Source: Oscillospiraceae bacterium
Lineage (GTDB): Bacteria > Bacillota > Clostridia > Oscillospirales > Ruminococcaceae
Length of the DNA stretch: 64,000 nucleotides
Assembly (NCBI GenBank): GCA_045606085.1
Contig: JAZURJ010000035.1
Coordinates: 9,032-73,031 of the forward strand
Direction of reading: 5' to 3'
Numbering within the stretch: position 1 is the first letter of the stretch; every line of letters starts with the position of its first letter. Of the stretch, positions 46,183 to 53,848 are shown piece after piece. The notes beneath the pieces are model-generated. The model was not told the origin of the DNA and searched no databases. It was given only the letters and a program-made list of their open reading frames with translations. Both the position numbers and the translations under genes were made by a program.

Positions 46183-46627
46183 TCTTGAGATTTGCGATCA
46201 TCTTATCCATAAGTCCACGTACTGTTTCAAGCTCCTTTTCGGAAACACCGCCAAGCATAACCTTTTCTGCCTTGTCAAATGCTTCAAGCACCTTTGCGTG
46301 CATCTGTCTGCCCTTTTCGGTGATGTACACGTGGGTCTCACGGCGGTCGTTGTCGTTCTTCTCACGACGCACGATACCCTCACGCTCCATGTTCCTGAGT
46401 GTGATACTGATAGTGGGTGCCTTCAGCTTTGTGATCTTCACAAGATCAAGCTGTGTCAATCCGTCGCCTTCCATCAGAGGCTTCAGCACATGGCGATAAG
46501 ACGCCTTCATCCCGATACTCTCAAGCTCTTTACCCACAAACTTTGCAAAGAAAAAAGATGCATCGTTCACGCTTCTGATAGTTTCATTGCCTTTGAACAT
46601 GTAAGTATTGTTGTTACTGTTCTTCAT
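46154..46627 (-). CDS. MarR-family transcriptional regulator
   Basis: 157 aa. Winged-helix LTQLDLVKITKLKAPTISITLRNMEREGIVRRE.ND.DRRE. RBS AAAGGAA. First gene of the exporter operon. Confidence 0.88.
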   Translation of the reverse strand: MKNSNNNTYMFKGNETIRSVNDASFFFAKFVGKELESIGMKASYRHVLKPLMEGDGLTQLDLVKITKLKAPTISITLRNMEREGIVRREKNDNDRRETHVYITEKGRQMHAKVLEAFDKAEKVMLGGVSEKELETVRGLMDKMIANLKNELGGDFVD

Positions 46628-46702
46628 AGATCATTTCCTTTCGCTTTTATTTTGCTTCATCCACTGTGATCCTTCGATTCGATTAACAGATATAATTAAA
46701 TA

Positions 46703-46720
46703 TAGATATTTTTATATCTA
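46703..46720. promoter_or_regulatory. Palindromic candidate MarR operator
   Basis: Perfect TAGATAT-TTTT-ATATCTA, located at about +1 to +18 of the predicted marR promoter. Confidence 0.45.
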
Positions 46721-46726
46721 AATATA

Positions 46727-46754
46727 ATTATACCAAATTTTTCGTGATTGTCAA
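46727..46754 (-). promoter_or_regulatory. Sigma-A type promoter of the marR-ABC operon
   Basis: Minus strand reads TTGACA, 16 nt, TATAAT. Confidence 0.6.
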
Positions 46755-46871
46755 TAAATTCAATGTGAAAAAATAATGAAAACATACAACTTACATATTT
46801 TACCTATCGAAACAAACGGCATTGCAATACGTATGTATTCGATTTCTTGCTGTTTTTTGAAAAGAAAAGTT

Positions 46872-46893
46872 TTTTGTAACCATTTTGTAACCA
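46872..46893 (+). repeat. Perfect 11-bp tandem direct repeat abutting the -35 of the CAP-protein promoter
   Basis: TTTTGTAACCA occurs twice in tandem. A third TTTGTAAC sits at 46906-46913 in the promoter spacer. Confidence 0.9.
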
Positions 46894-46895
46894 AC

Positions 46896-46924
46896 TTGAC
46901 ATTCATTTGTAACTATTGTATACT
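46896..46924 (+). promoter_or_regulatory. Sigma-A type promoter for the CAP-domain protein gene
   Basis: TTGACA, 17 nt, TATACT. Confidence 0.55.
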
Positions 46925-46974
46925 ATTAGACAGAATGTACCAGAAATGTATACTAAATCGAACGGAGATATTTT

Positions 46975-47916
46975 ATGAAGCTCAGGATTACAGCCCTGCT
47001 CGCAGGAGCAGTTGTTGCAGCTGCTGTATCTGTTACAGCTGCTGCGGCTGATACTCACAGATACTCGATAAAGAGCGGCGTATACGAATCGCCACAGTTT
47101 GTATGGATAACCGCTGACAAAGATACGGATATCTACTACACGACAGACGGTTCGCTGCCCTCTGACACGGCGACACCTTATGATGAGCAGATGCCGATAG
47201 TTGTGACAGAAAACACACGTATCCGCTGTGCGGCATATAAGGATGGCGTACTGACCGAAAACAGTGCACTTTCCGTCAAAATACGCACTGATGCACCTGC
47301 AGCATCAGTCTGTGGCGGCTGCTATACAGACGCAGTGAAGGTAAAACTCACCTGTACTGACGAGGACGCCGAGATATACTACACCATTGACGGAAGCACA
47401 CCCACCGCTTCCTCCCGTAAATACAAGAACACTCTGCTCATCAAACGAGATGTGACTCTGCGTTTTGCAGCTTACAGCAACGGCAAGGCGATAAGCAGGA
47501 CCGTGACGGAGGAATACAATATCGGTGCTGTATACAAAGAAGCACAGCGTCAGGACCTTTTTGAGCTTGTCAATGAGCTTCGTGAGCAGCACGGTTTAGT
47601 GCCGCTGAAGGAGATGCCACAGCTCTCGGAGATAGCACAGCAGCGTGCAGTTGAATGTGCTACGTACTATTCGCACTACCGCACGGACGGCACTAAATGG
47701 GACTATCTTCTGGGACTTGCGGGACTTCGCAGAAATGTAAGAGCGGAAAACCTCGCGTACTACTACCCCACCGCAAAGCAGGCTCTCAACGGCTGGCTGA
47801 GCGACCCATGGCACACAGCAAATCTTCTGAATCCCGATGCTCGATACATAGGCATCGGCTATTACGATACAGGCAGCACCGTTTACTGGTCACAGCTGTT
47901 TATAGGCGAAGAATAA
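46975..47916 (+). CDS. Secreted CAP/SCP (PR-1-like) domain protein with two chitobiase/Fn3-associated-like N-terminal domains
   Basis: Signal peptide. Two IYYT.DGS.P units. C-terminal CAP block NGWLSDPWHTANLLNPDARYIGIGY. Confidence 0.8.
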   Translation: MKLRITALLAGAVVAAAVSVTAAAADTHRYSIKSGVYESPQFVWITADKDTDIYYTTDGSLPSDTATPYDEQMPIVVTENTRIRCAAYKDGVLTENSALSVKIRTDAPAASVCGGCYTDAVKVKLTCTDEDAEIYYTIDGSTPTASSRKYKNTLLIKRDVTLRFAAYSNGKAISRTVTEEYNIGAVYKEAQRQDLFELVNELREQHGLVPLKEMPQLSEIAQQRAVECATYYSHYRTDGTKWDYLLGLAGLRRNVRAENLAYYYPTAKQALNGWLSDPWHTANLLNPDARYIGIGYYDTGSTVYWSQLFIGEE

Positions 47917-48530
47917 TGAGTATTTTCTGCTACACAAAAGAACAGACCGGACTCCTCGCACAACGTGACGGGGAGCTTGGTGATTTTATACGCAGAAAAG
48001 GTCATGTCGAGCGTTTCGTGCATGATGATCTTTTCGGCGGAATGTGTTATAATATAATAGGTCAGCAGCTCTCCATGAAGGCATGCGACACACTGTGGAA
48101 CAAGTTCTCCGAAAAGATCGGAGATATCGTCCCCGAAAACTGTCTTAACGCAGAACTTATACGAAGCTGCGGTCTGTCTGCAAGTAAATCAGAGTGTATC
48201 GCTGCCTGTGCACGGGAGTTCATTTCCGGGGAAATATCCTCGGAGAAGCTGTACGGTATGGCAGACGAGGAGATAATCTCGCTGCTGACGAAAATAAAGG
48301 GAATCGGCAGATGGACGGCGGAGATGGTGCTGATATTCTGCCTTGCACGTCCCGATGTGCTGAGCCTGTCGGATTTCGGCATACGCAAAGGGCTGTCGCT
48401 GCTGCACGACATCGATATGAACGACAGGAAAGCTATGCAAGGATACAAGGAGCTGTACTCACCCTGCGGCACTGTTGCGTCGATATATCTGTGGGAAGCT
48501 GCACGCGATCTTGATACAAAGGAGAAATGA
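47916..48530 (+). CDS. HhH-GPD DNA glycosylase (3-methyladenine glycosylase II / AlkA-like)
   Basis: HhH motif IKGIGRWTAEMVLIF and catalytic-Asp region LSLSDFGIRKG. The ATG overlaps the upstream stop (TAATG). Lies inside ORF 47697..48530. Confidence 0.8.
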   Translation: MSIFCYTKEQTGLLAQRDGELGDFIRRKGHVERFVHDDLFGGMCYNIIGQQLSMKACDTLWNKFSEKIGDIVPENCLNAELIRSCGLSASKSECIAACAREFISGEISSEKLYGMADEEIISLLTKIKGIGRWTAEMVLIFCLARPDVLSLSDFGIRKGLSLLHDIDMNDRKAMQGYKELYSPCGTVASIYLWEAARDLDTKEK

Positions 48531-48531
48531 T

Positions 48532-49008
48532 ATGCTTAAAAAGATACTCGAGCCGAAAAGCTGCGGAAGCTGCAGGATATGCTGCGGATTTGACGAAAGC
48601 GACAAGTGGGAGATTCCTCTTGTTTTTGACGAACTGAATGTATATCTGAAAGAGAATTATCCAGAGATAAAGCTCGCTCCCCGTGGCAACGAATATGTGT
48701 TTGACATGGAGTTTGACGGAAGCAAGGTCATATTCTGCCCCATGCTCAGTGAAAACGGATGCATCCTTAAAGACAACAAGCCTTTCGACTGCCGAATCTG
48801 GCCGTTCAGGGTAAACGACTTCTGCGGAAAGCACGTCATCACCGTTTCACCTGTGTGCGGCACCGTATCCGAGCTGCCGCTGAAGGTGCTGTCTGATTTC
48901 GTCAACGGCGATTTTGCAGAGCTGCTGTTCCGCACTGCAAAGGAGCATCCTGATATGGTGAAGCCGTATATAAACGGCTATCCGATCATCGCAACCGAAA
49001 ACATATAA
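48532..49008 (+). CDS. YkgJ-family (CxxCxxCC) cysteine-cluster protein
   Basis: CGSCRICCG, FCPML..NGC, DCRIWPF. The ATG at 48532 lies inside ORF 48475..49008. Confidence 0.7.
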   Translation: MLKKILEPKSCGSCRICCGFDESDKWEIPLVFDELNVYLKENYPEIKLAPRGNEYVFDMEFDGSKVIFCPMLSENGCILKDNKPFDCRIWPFRVNDFCGKHVITVSPVCGTVSELPLKVLSDFVNGDFAELLFRTAKEHPDMVKPYINGYPIIATENI

Positions 49009-49140
49009 ACCATAGCCGCATCACGTATGCGGCTGTAAAAATATGCAAACAGTTATAAACACTAATCATAATTATCTCACTTTTGCTTACATAATCCGAA
49101 AATGTTACGAAAAATATACATAGATGTAATTGTTGGTCGC

Positions 49141-49169
49141 TTGAACAAGATGAAAACAAGTGATAAAAT
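49141..49169 (+). promoter_or_regulatory. Sigma-A type promoter of the XRE-AbrB / ABC-2 operon
   Basis: TTGAAC, 17 nt, TAAAAT, with TGA upstream (extended -10). Confidence 0.55.
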
Positions 49170-49188
49170 CAGAATATGAGGTGATAAG

Positions 49189-49575
49189 ATGGCAATCAGA
49201 TATGACAACCTTAAGCTGTTCCGCAAAAAGAGCGGACTTACTCAGGAGGAGATCGCAGAAAAACTCGGCGTTACTCGTCAGGCAGTAGCCAAATGGGAGC
49301 GTGGCGAAACGTCACCGGATGTCGAATACTGCATCATGCTGGCTGAGCTTTACGGCACTTCGGTGGACGCACTGCTCTGCAGCAGCTACATCAAAAACGC
49401 AACCGAAGACGGCAGGCATGCTTTCGGCGTTGTCAAGGTGAACGACAAGGGACAGATCACCCTGCCCAAAAAGTGCAGAGAAGTATTCGGGATAAATGCA
49501 GGCGATACACTCCTCGTACTCGGCGAGGAAGGCAGAGGTATTGCGATAATCAATCTCGGCAATATGCCGGAGTGA
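49189..49575 (+). CDS. XRE-family HTH regulator fused to an AbrB/SpoVT-like domain
   Basis: LTQEEIAEKLGVTRQAVAKWERGE (HTH) and C-terminal KVNDKGQITLPKKCREVFGINAGDTLLVL (swapped-hairpin type). Confidence 0.85.
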   Translation: MAIRYDNLKLFRKKSGLTQEEIAEKLGVTRQAVAKWERGETSPDVEYCIMLAELYGTSVDALLCSSYIKNATEDGRHAFGVVKVNDKGQITLPKKCREVFGINAGDTLLVLGEEGRGIAIINLGNMPE

Positions 49576-49603
49576 TAAGTCGCAACATTTTCGGAGGAAC
49601 ATA

Positions 49604-50344
49604 ATGAACGCACTCGAAGTGAAGGAACTCACAAAGAAATACAAGAGCAAGACCGCCGTGGACAGTATCAGCTTCTCCGTGAAGGAGGGCGAACTGTTCT
49701 CGCTGCTGGGAGTGAACGGTGCCGGAAAAACTACCACAATACGTATGTTGTGCTGCCTGTCGACGCCGACAAGCGGCAGTGCGACTGTCTGCGGTCACGA
49801 TACAGCAACGGAAAGCACAGAGGTCAAGAGATGCATCGGAATATCTCCGCAGGACACCGCCGTTGCAGAAAACCTCACGATATACGAAAACCTGATGCTC
49901 ATGGCAAAGATACACGGTTTTTCCGACAAGAAATGCAGAGAAAAAGTTGAAGAGATGATGTCGCTCTTTGATATGAACGAGGTCGCACGCAACCGTGCAA
50001 AGACGCTGTCGGGCGGCTGGAAACGTAAGCTATCCATTGCGATGGCTCTCATTTCAGAGCCGAAGGTGCTGTTTCTCGATGAACCGACGCTTGGTCTGGA
50101 CGTTCTCGCAAGACGTGAGCTGTGGAGAGCGATCGAAGCACTCAAAGGCAGGATAACGATCATCCTGACAACGCACTATATGGAGGAGGCAGAAAATCTT
50201 TCCGACCGCATCGCCATCATGCTCGGCGGCAGGATAGCTGCGATCGGCGAGCTTGCAGAGATCGAAGAAATCGCCGGCGAAAAGGGTCTTGAGTCTGCAT
50301 TCGTAAAAATAGCCGATATGTATGCAAGGGGGGAACTGAAATGA
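49604..50344 (+). CDS. ABC transporter ATP-binding protein (ABC-2 subfamily)
   Basis: GVNGAGKTT, LSGGWKRKLSIAMA, LFLDEPTLGLD. Confidence 0.9.
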   Translation: MNALEVKELTKKYKSKTAVDSISFSVKEGELFSLLGVNGAGKTTTIRMLCCLSTPTSGSATVCGHDTATESTEVKRCIGISPQDTAVAENLTIYENLMLMAKIHGFSDKKCREKVEEMMSLFDMNEVARNRAKTLSGGWKRKLSIAMALISEPKVLFLDEPTLGLDVLARRELWRAIEALKGRITIILTTHYMEEAENLSDRIAIMLGGRIAAIGELAEIEEIAGEKGLESAFVKIADMYARGELK

Positions 50345-51108
50345 AACGTTGTATGGCATTTGCAGGACGCAATCTGAAAGAGCTGCTGCGTGATCCTCTC
50401 AGCTACATATTCTGCGTCGGTTTTCCGCTGGTCATGCTCATCGTGATGACGCTGGTAAACGAAAGCATCCCCGCCGAAGCAGGAATGACGATATTCCGTG
50501 TTGACAGATTAAGCCCGGGAATCGCCGTGTTCGGTCTGACCTTCATTATGCTGTTCACCTGTCTTTCCGTGTCAAAGGACAGAGCAGGTGCTTTTCTGGT
50601 GAGATTATACGCTTCCCCTATGCGTCCGTGGGATTTCATATTCGGATATATGCTCCCCGTTTTCGTTCTCTCCCTTATACAGAGCATCGTTACTTTTGCG
50701 GCATCTGTTATCATCGGCATTTTTACAGATGTGACGCTGAATATCGCAGGCTGCCTGCTCGCGGTAGTATCGCTCATTCCTCTCTCGGTGATGATGATAT
50801 CCACAGGTCTGCTGTTCGGCACGCTGTTCAGCGACAAGGCAGCACCCGGTCTTTGCTCCATCGTTATCTCACTGGCATCATTCCTCGGCGGCGTCTGGTT
50901 TGATGTGGAGAACATCGACGGCGTGCTGCATGAGATCTGCGATGCTCTTCCCTTCTTCCATGGAACGATGGCAGGAAGAATGGCTGTTGCAACGGAGATA
51001 GGCAGTGAATATCTCACACATCTTGGCATGACCGCTGCGTATGCAGTGGTAGTTACCGCAGTTTCCATCTGCGTTTTCCGACGCAAGATGAAGGCGGACA
51101 TCTCATAA
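50341..51108 (+). CDS. ABC-2 type permease
   Basis: 6-TM protein. ATGA overlap with the ATPase gene. Confidence 0.85.
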   Translation: MKRCMAFAGRNLKELLRDPLSYIFCVGFPLVMLIVMTLVNESIPAEAGMTIFRVDRLSPGIAVFGLTFIMLFTCLSVSKDRAGAFLVRLYASPMRPWDFIFGYMLPVFVLSLIQSIVTFAASVIIGIFTDVTLNIAGCLLAVVSLIPLSVMMISTGLLFGTLFSDKAAPGLCSIVISLASFLGGVWFDVENIDGVLHEICDALPFFHGTMAGRMAVATEIGSEYLTHLGMTAAYAVVVTAVSICVFRRKMKADIS

Positions 51109-51113
51109 AAACG

Positions 51114-51142
51114 AAAGCGGCCATGTGCCGCTTTTCTGTTTT
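51114..51142 (+). terminator. Rho-independent terminator
   Basis: AAAGCGGC / GCCGCTTT stem followed by TCTGTTTT. Confidence 0.8.
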
Positions 51143-51184
51143 GTGAAAACCTCATGTTTTTTCGATATTGTCCCGTTTTTTATA

Positions 51185-51213
51185 TTGATTTATCTGCGGA
51201 AAATTGATATAAT
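51185..51213 (+). promoter_or_regulatory. Sigma-A type promoter for the sugar kinase gene
   Basis: TTGATT, 17 nt, TATAAT, with TGA upstream. Confidence 0.6.
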
Positions 51214-51276
51214 ATATGTAGCACATCAAGCCGTGAGGCTTTACATAGAAATAACGTGACAGAAAGAGGTAAACAC

Positions 51277-52245
51277 ATGAACAAGGTATTACTTATAGGC
51301 GAGCCGATGGAGCTTCTGCTGGCTCAGGAAGAAGGTCCGCTTTCCGGGGTCAGGAATTTCTACGCCACCGTTACAGGCTCTGAACTCAACGTTGCTGTGG
51401 GAATTTCAAGATTAGGTCTTACTGCGAGATATATGACGCGTCTTGGCAACGATCCCCGTGCGGTACGTATCCGCAGCTTCATGAAAGAAAACGGGATCGA
51501 TGATGATCTGATCATCACCGATCCCGATCATCAGACAGGCTGCATGATGAAGAGCAAGGCTGCACCGGGAGAGCACGAGATATACTACTACCGACAGAAG
51601 ACGGCTGCTTCTTTCATCTGCGAAGAAGACATCGATGCACTTGATCTTTCCGATATACGTGCGGTGCATATCACAGGCATCTTCCCCACTATCTCCGAAA
51701 CGGCTGAGAAAGCCTGCCGCAGACTTATACAGCGTGCAAATGACGAGCACATCACGGTGGTGTTCGACCCCGATCTGCGTGGCATACTCTGGACAACAGA
51801 CAAGCACGCTCTGGAACTCATAAACGAGTTTGCTGCAAAGGTGGATGTATTCCTGCCTAACCTCAACGAGGCGGAGAAGCTGTGTGGTCTGACCGACCCC
51901 AAAGAGATCGCAGAGCATTATCTTGATCTCGGAGCTAAAAAGGTGGTCATCACCATGGGTAAAAAGGGTGCATTCTATAAGAGCCGTGTAGAAAGCGGTA
52001 TCGTGCCTACCTTCCGTGCGGATGAAGTAATAAATACCCTCGGTGCAGGCGACGCGTTTGCCGCAGGTCTGCTCAGCGGCATCTGCGATGAGATTCCCCT
52101 CGGCGAGGCGGTAATCCGTGCGAATGCAGTAGGCTGTATCCAGATACAGAACAACAGCGACAACTCGGGCCTGCCCACCATGCAGCAGCTCAGAGAATAT
52201 ATGCTGGATCACCGTTTCGTGGTTGAACACTGCAACGAATTCTGA
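51277..52245 (+). CDS. PfkB-family sugar kinase (2-keto-3-deoxygluconate kinase-like)
   Basis: GSELNVAVGISRLG near the N-terminus and DTLGAGDAFAAG near the C-terminus. The ATG at 51277 follows AGAGG, inside ORF 51256..52245. Confidence 0.85.
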   Translation: MNKVLLIGEPMELLLAQEEGPLSGVRNFYATVTGSELNVAVGISRLGLTARYMTRLGNDPRAVRIRSFMKENGIDDDLIITDPDHQTGCMMKSKAAPGEHEIYYYRQKTAASFICEEDIDALDLSDIRAVHITGIFPTISETAEKACRRLIQRANDEHITVVFDPDLRGILWTTDKHALELINEFAAKVDVFLPNLNEAEKLCGLTDPKEIAEHYLDLGAKKVVITMGKKGAFYKSRVESGIVPTFRADEVINTLGAGDAFAAGLLSGICDEIPLGEAVIRANAVGCIQIQNNSDNSGLPTMQQLREYMLDHRFVVEHCNEF

Positions 52246-52264
52246 TACTTTACGGAGTTAATCT

Positions 52265-53848
52265 ATGCCCACCCTTTATGCGACAGATCTTGACGGTACA
52301 CTGCTTCGCTCGGACAAGAGCATTTCCGACGAGAGTGCAGCGATACTCAATAAACTGATAAAGAACGGCGTGCTGTTCACCTTTGCAACAGCACGCTCCT
52401 TTTCCAGTGCAGCCCCGCTGCTGAAAAAACTTGATCTTTCCTGCCCCGCTGTGACCTTCAACGGGGTGTTTGTCATTGACCCCAAAACAGGTGAGCATAT
52501 AATCGAGAACATCTTTACGGCAAAAAGTCTTGATATCGCAAAGGAATATTTCGTATCCAACGGCATCGCACCGCTGGTTTACTCTTACATCGACGGCACA
52601 GAGCGTGTTTCTTTCCTGAAAGACAGGATGGATGATGTCCGAGGTTATGTTCAGCCAAGAAAGGGCGATCCCCGACTTCGTCCCGTCAGCGATTACAAGC
52701 AGCTTTTCGAGGGCAGGGTGTTCTATTTCACCGTACTTGACCCCACCGCTGATGCTGCGGAGCTTTATGACGTTTTCAGCCGTGAGAACGGTTTTTCCAC
52801 CAGCATGATGAACGATACATATGATAAAAATATGGTGTGGTTCGAGGTATTCAGTAAAAACGCCTCAAAATCCGCTGCCATCCTGCAGGTGCTGGAGCTT
52901 ACCCGTGCAGACAGTCTTGTGTGCTTCGGCGACAACAACAACGATCTGTCGATGATACGTGCGGCGGACACGGGAGTTGCAGTGAGCAATGCCTGTGACA
53001 CACTTAAGGATGCTGCTGATGTGATCATCGGAAGCAACGATGAGGATGCCGTGGCAGGCTTCATACATTCACGTGAGATGCCGATGGCAGAAACAGACCG
53101 TTTCTCCTTTGCACTCAGCAACGCCATGACACGCATACGCGGAATGCACGGCTCTGTCGGAACACAGAACGAAAAGCTCATCCATGCGACGCTGAAGAAT
53201 TACTATGCTCCCTATGCGGATGAGCAGGAGATAAAGATCGGCAGATATTTCGCAGACGCAGTCAGCGAGGACGGAATATTTGAGATACAGACCCGTGCAC
53301 TTTACCGATTGAAGGAAAAGCTGGCGGATTTCACCGCAGCAGCAACAGTGAATGTAGTGCACCCGATAGCTTATGAAACACGCACGGTATATATCAATAC
53401 TGACACAAGCGAGATAATGAAAGAAACAGCGTTCAGGAAAGCTGATCCTAAAGTGAAGATCTTTGAGGAGCTGTACTCCATACGGGATTATCTCGGACAC
53501 AGCAGGGTGCGTTTCATACTGGCACGTCTGCGTGTTGAAAAACGTATATATTTCAGCGGCGACAAACCGCCCGACCTCCGCAGCCGCAACGCAAGAAAAA
53601 AAGTGCTCACGGAAAAGGTGCCGCTGGCACTGCTGAGCGAAACAGTACTCCATCAGCCTGCGGATTACCGCATATATCTTCCTGACGGATTACCGCAGGA
53701 GTTCACCAAAAAAGAATTTCAGAAGCTCACCGGAGAAGGTCATACATCGCTGCGGCTTGAGGTGCTGCGTGCGGCAGGTGTGATACGTCAGGTGGGCAAG
53801 AACGGCAACAGCTATATCTATTCCGTTTCAGAGGAGGTGTCGGAATGA
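52265..53848 (+). CDS. Cof-type HAD-IIB phosphatase fused to a ~260-aa unassigned C-terminal region (nuclease-like core plus wHTH-like end)
   Basis: HAD motifs LYATDLDGTLL, TFATAR, CFGDNNNDLSM. After ~residue 265 there is no motif I can name. D..E.Q pattern in YFADAVSEDGIFEIQTR. C-terminus KKEFQKLTGEGHTSLRLEVLRAAGVIRQVGKNGNSYIY. The stop overlaps the addB ATG (ATGA). Confidence 0.75.
   Translation: MPTLYATDLDGTLLRSDKSISDESAAILNKLIKNGVLFTFATARSFSSAAPLLKKLDLSCPAVTFNGVFVIDPKTGEHIIENIFTAKSLDIAKEYFVSNGIAPLVYSYIDGTERVSFLKDRMDDVRGYVQPRKGDPRLRPVSDYKQLFEGRVFYFTVLDPTADAAELYDVFSRENGFSTSMMNDTYDKNMVWFEVFSKNASKSAAILQVLELTRADSLVCFGDNNNDLSMIRAADTGVAVSNACDTLKDAADVIIGSNDEDAVAGFIHSREMPMAETDRFSFALSNAMTRIRGMHGSVGTQNEKLIHATLKNYYAPYADEQEIKIGRYFADAVSEDGIFEIQTRALYRLKEKLADFTAAATVNVVHPIAYETRTVYINTDTSEIMKETAFRKADPKVKIFEELYSIRDYLGHSRVRFILARLRVEKRIYFSGDKPPDLRSRNARKKVLTEKVPLALLSETVLHQPADYRIYLPDGLPQEFTKKEFQKLTGEGHTSLRLEVLRAAGVIRQVGKNGNSYIYSVSEEVSE

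Noticed and set aside
46776-47051. 91-codon ORF in the AT-rich marR/CAP intergenic region.
   Set aside because: It runs through the predicted promoter and the real start of the CAP gene in another frame, has no RBS, and has an AT-driven composition.
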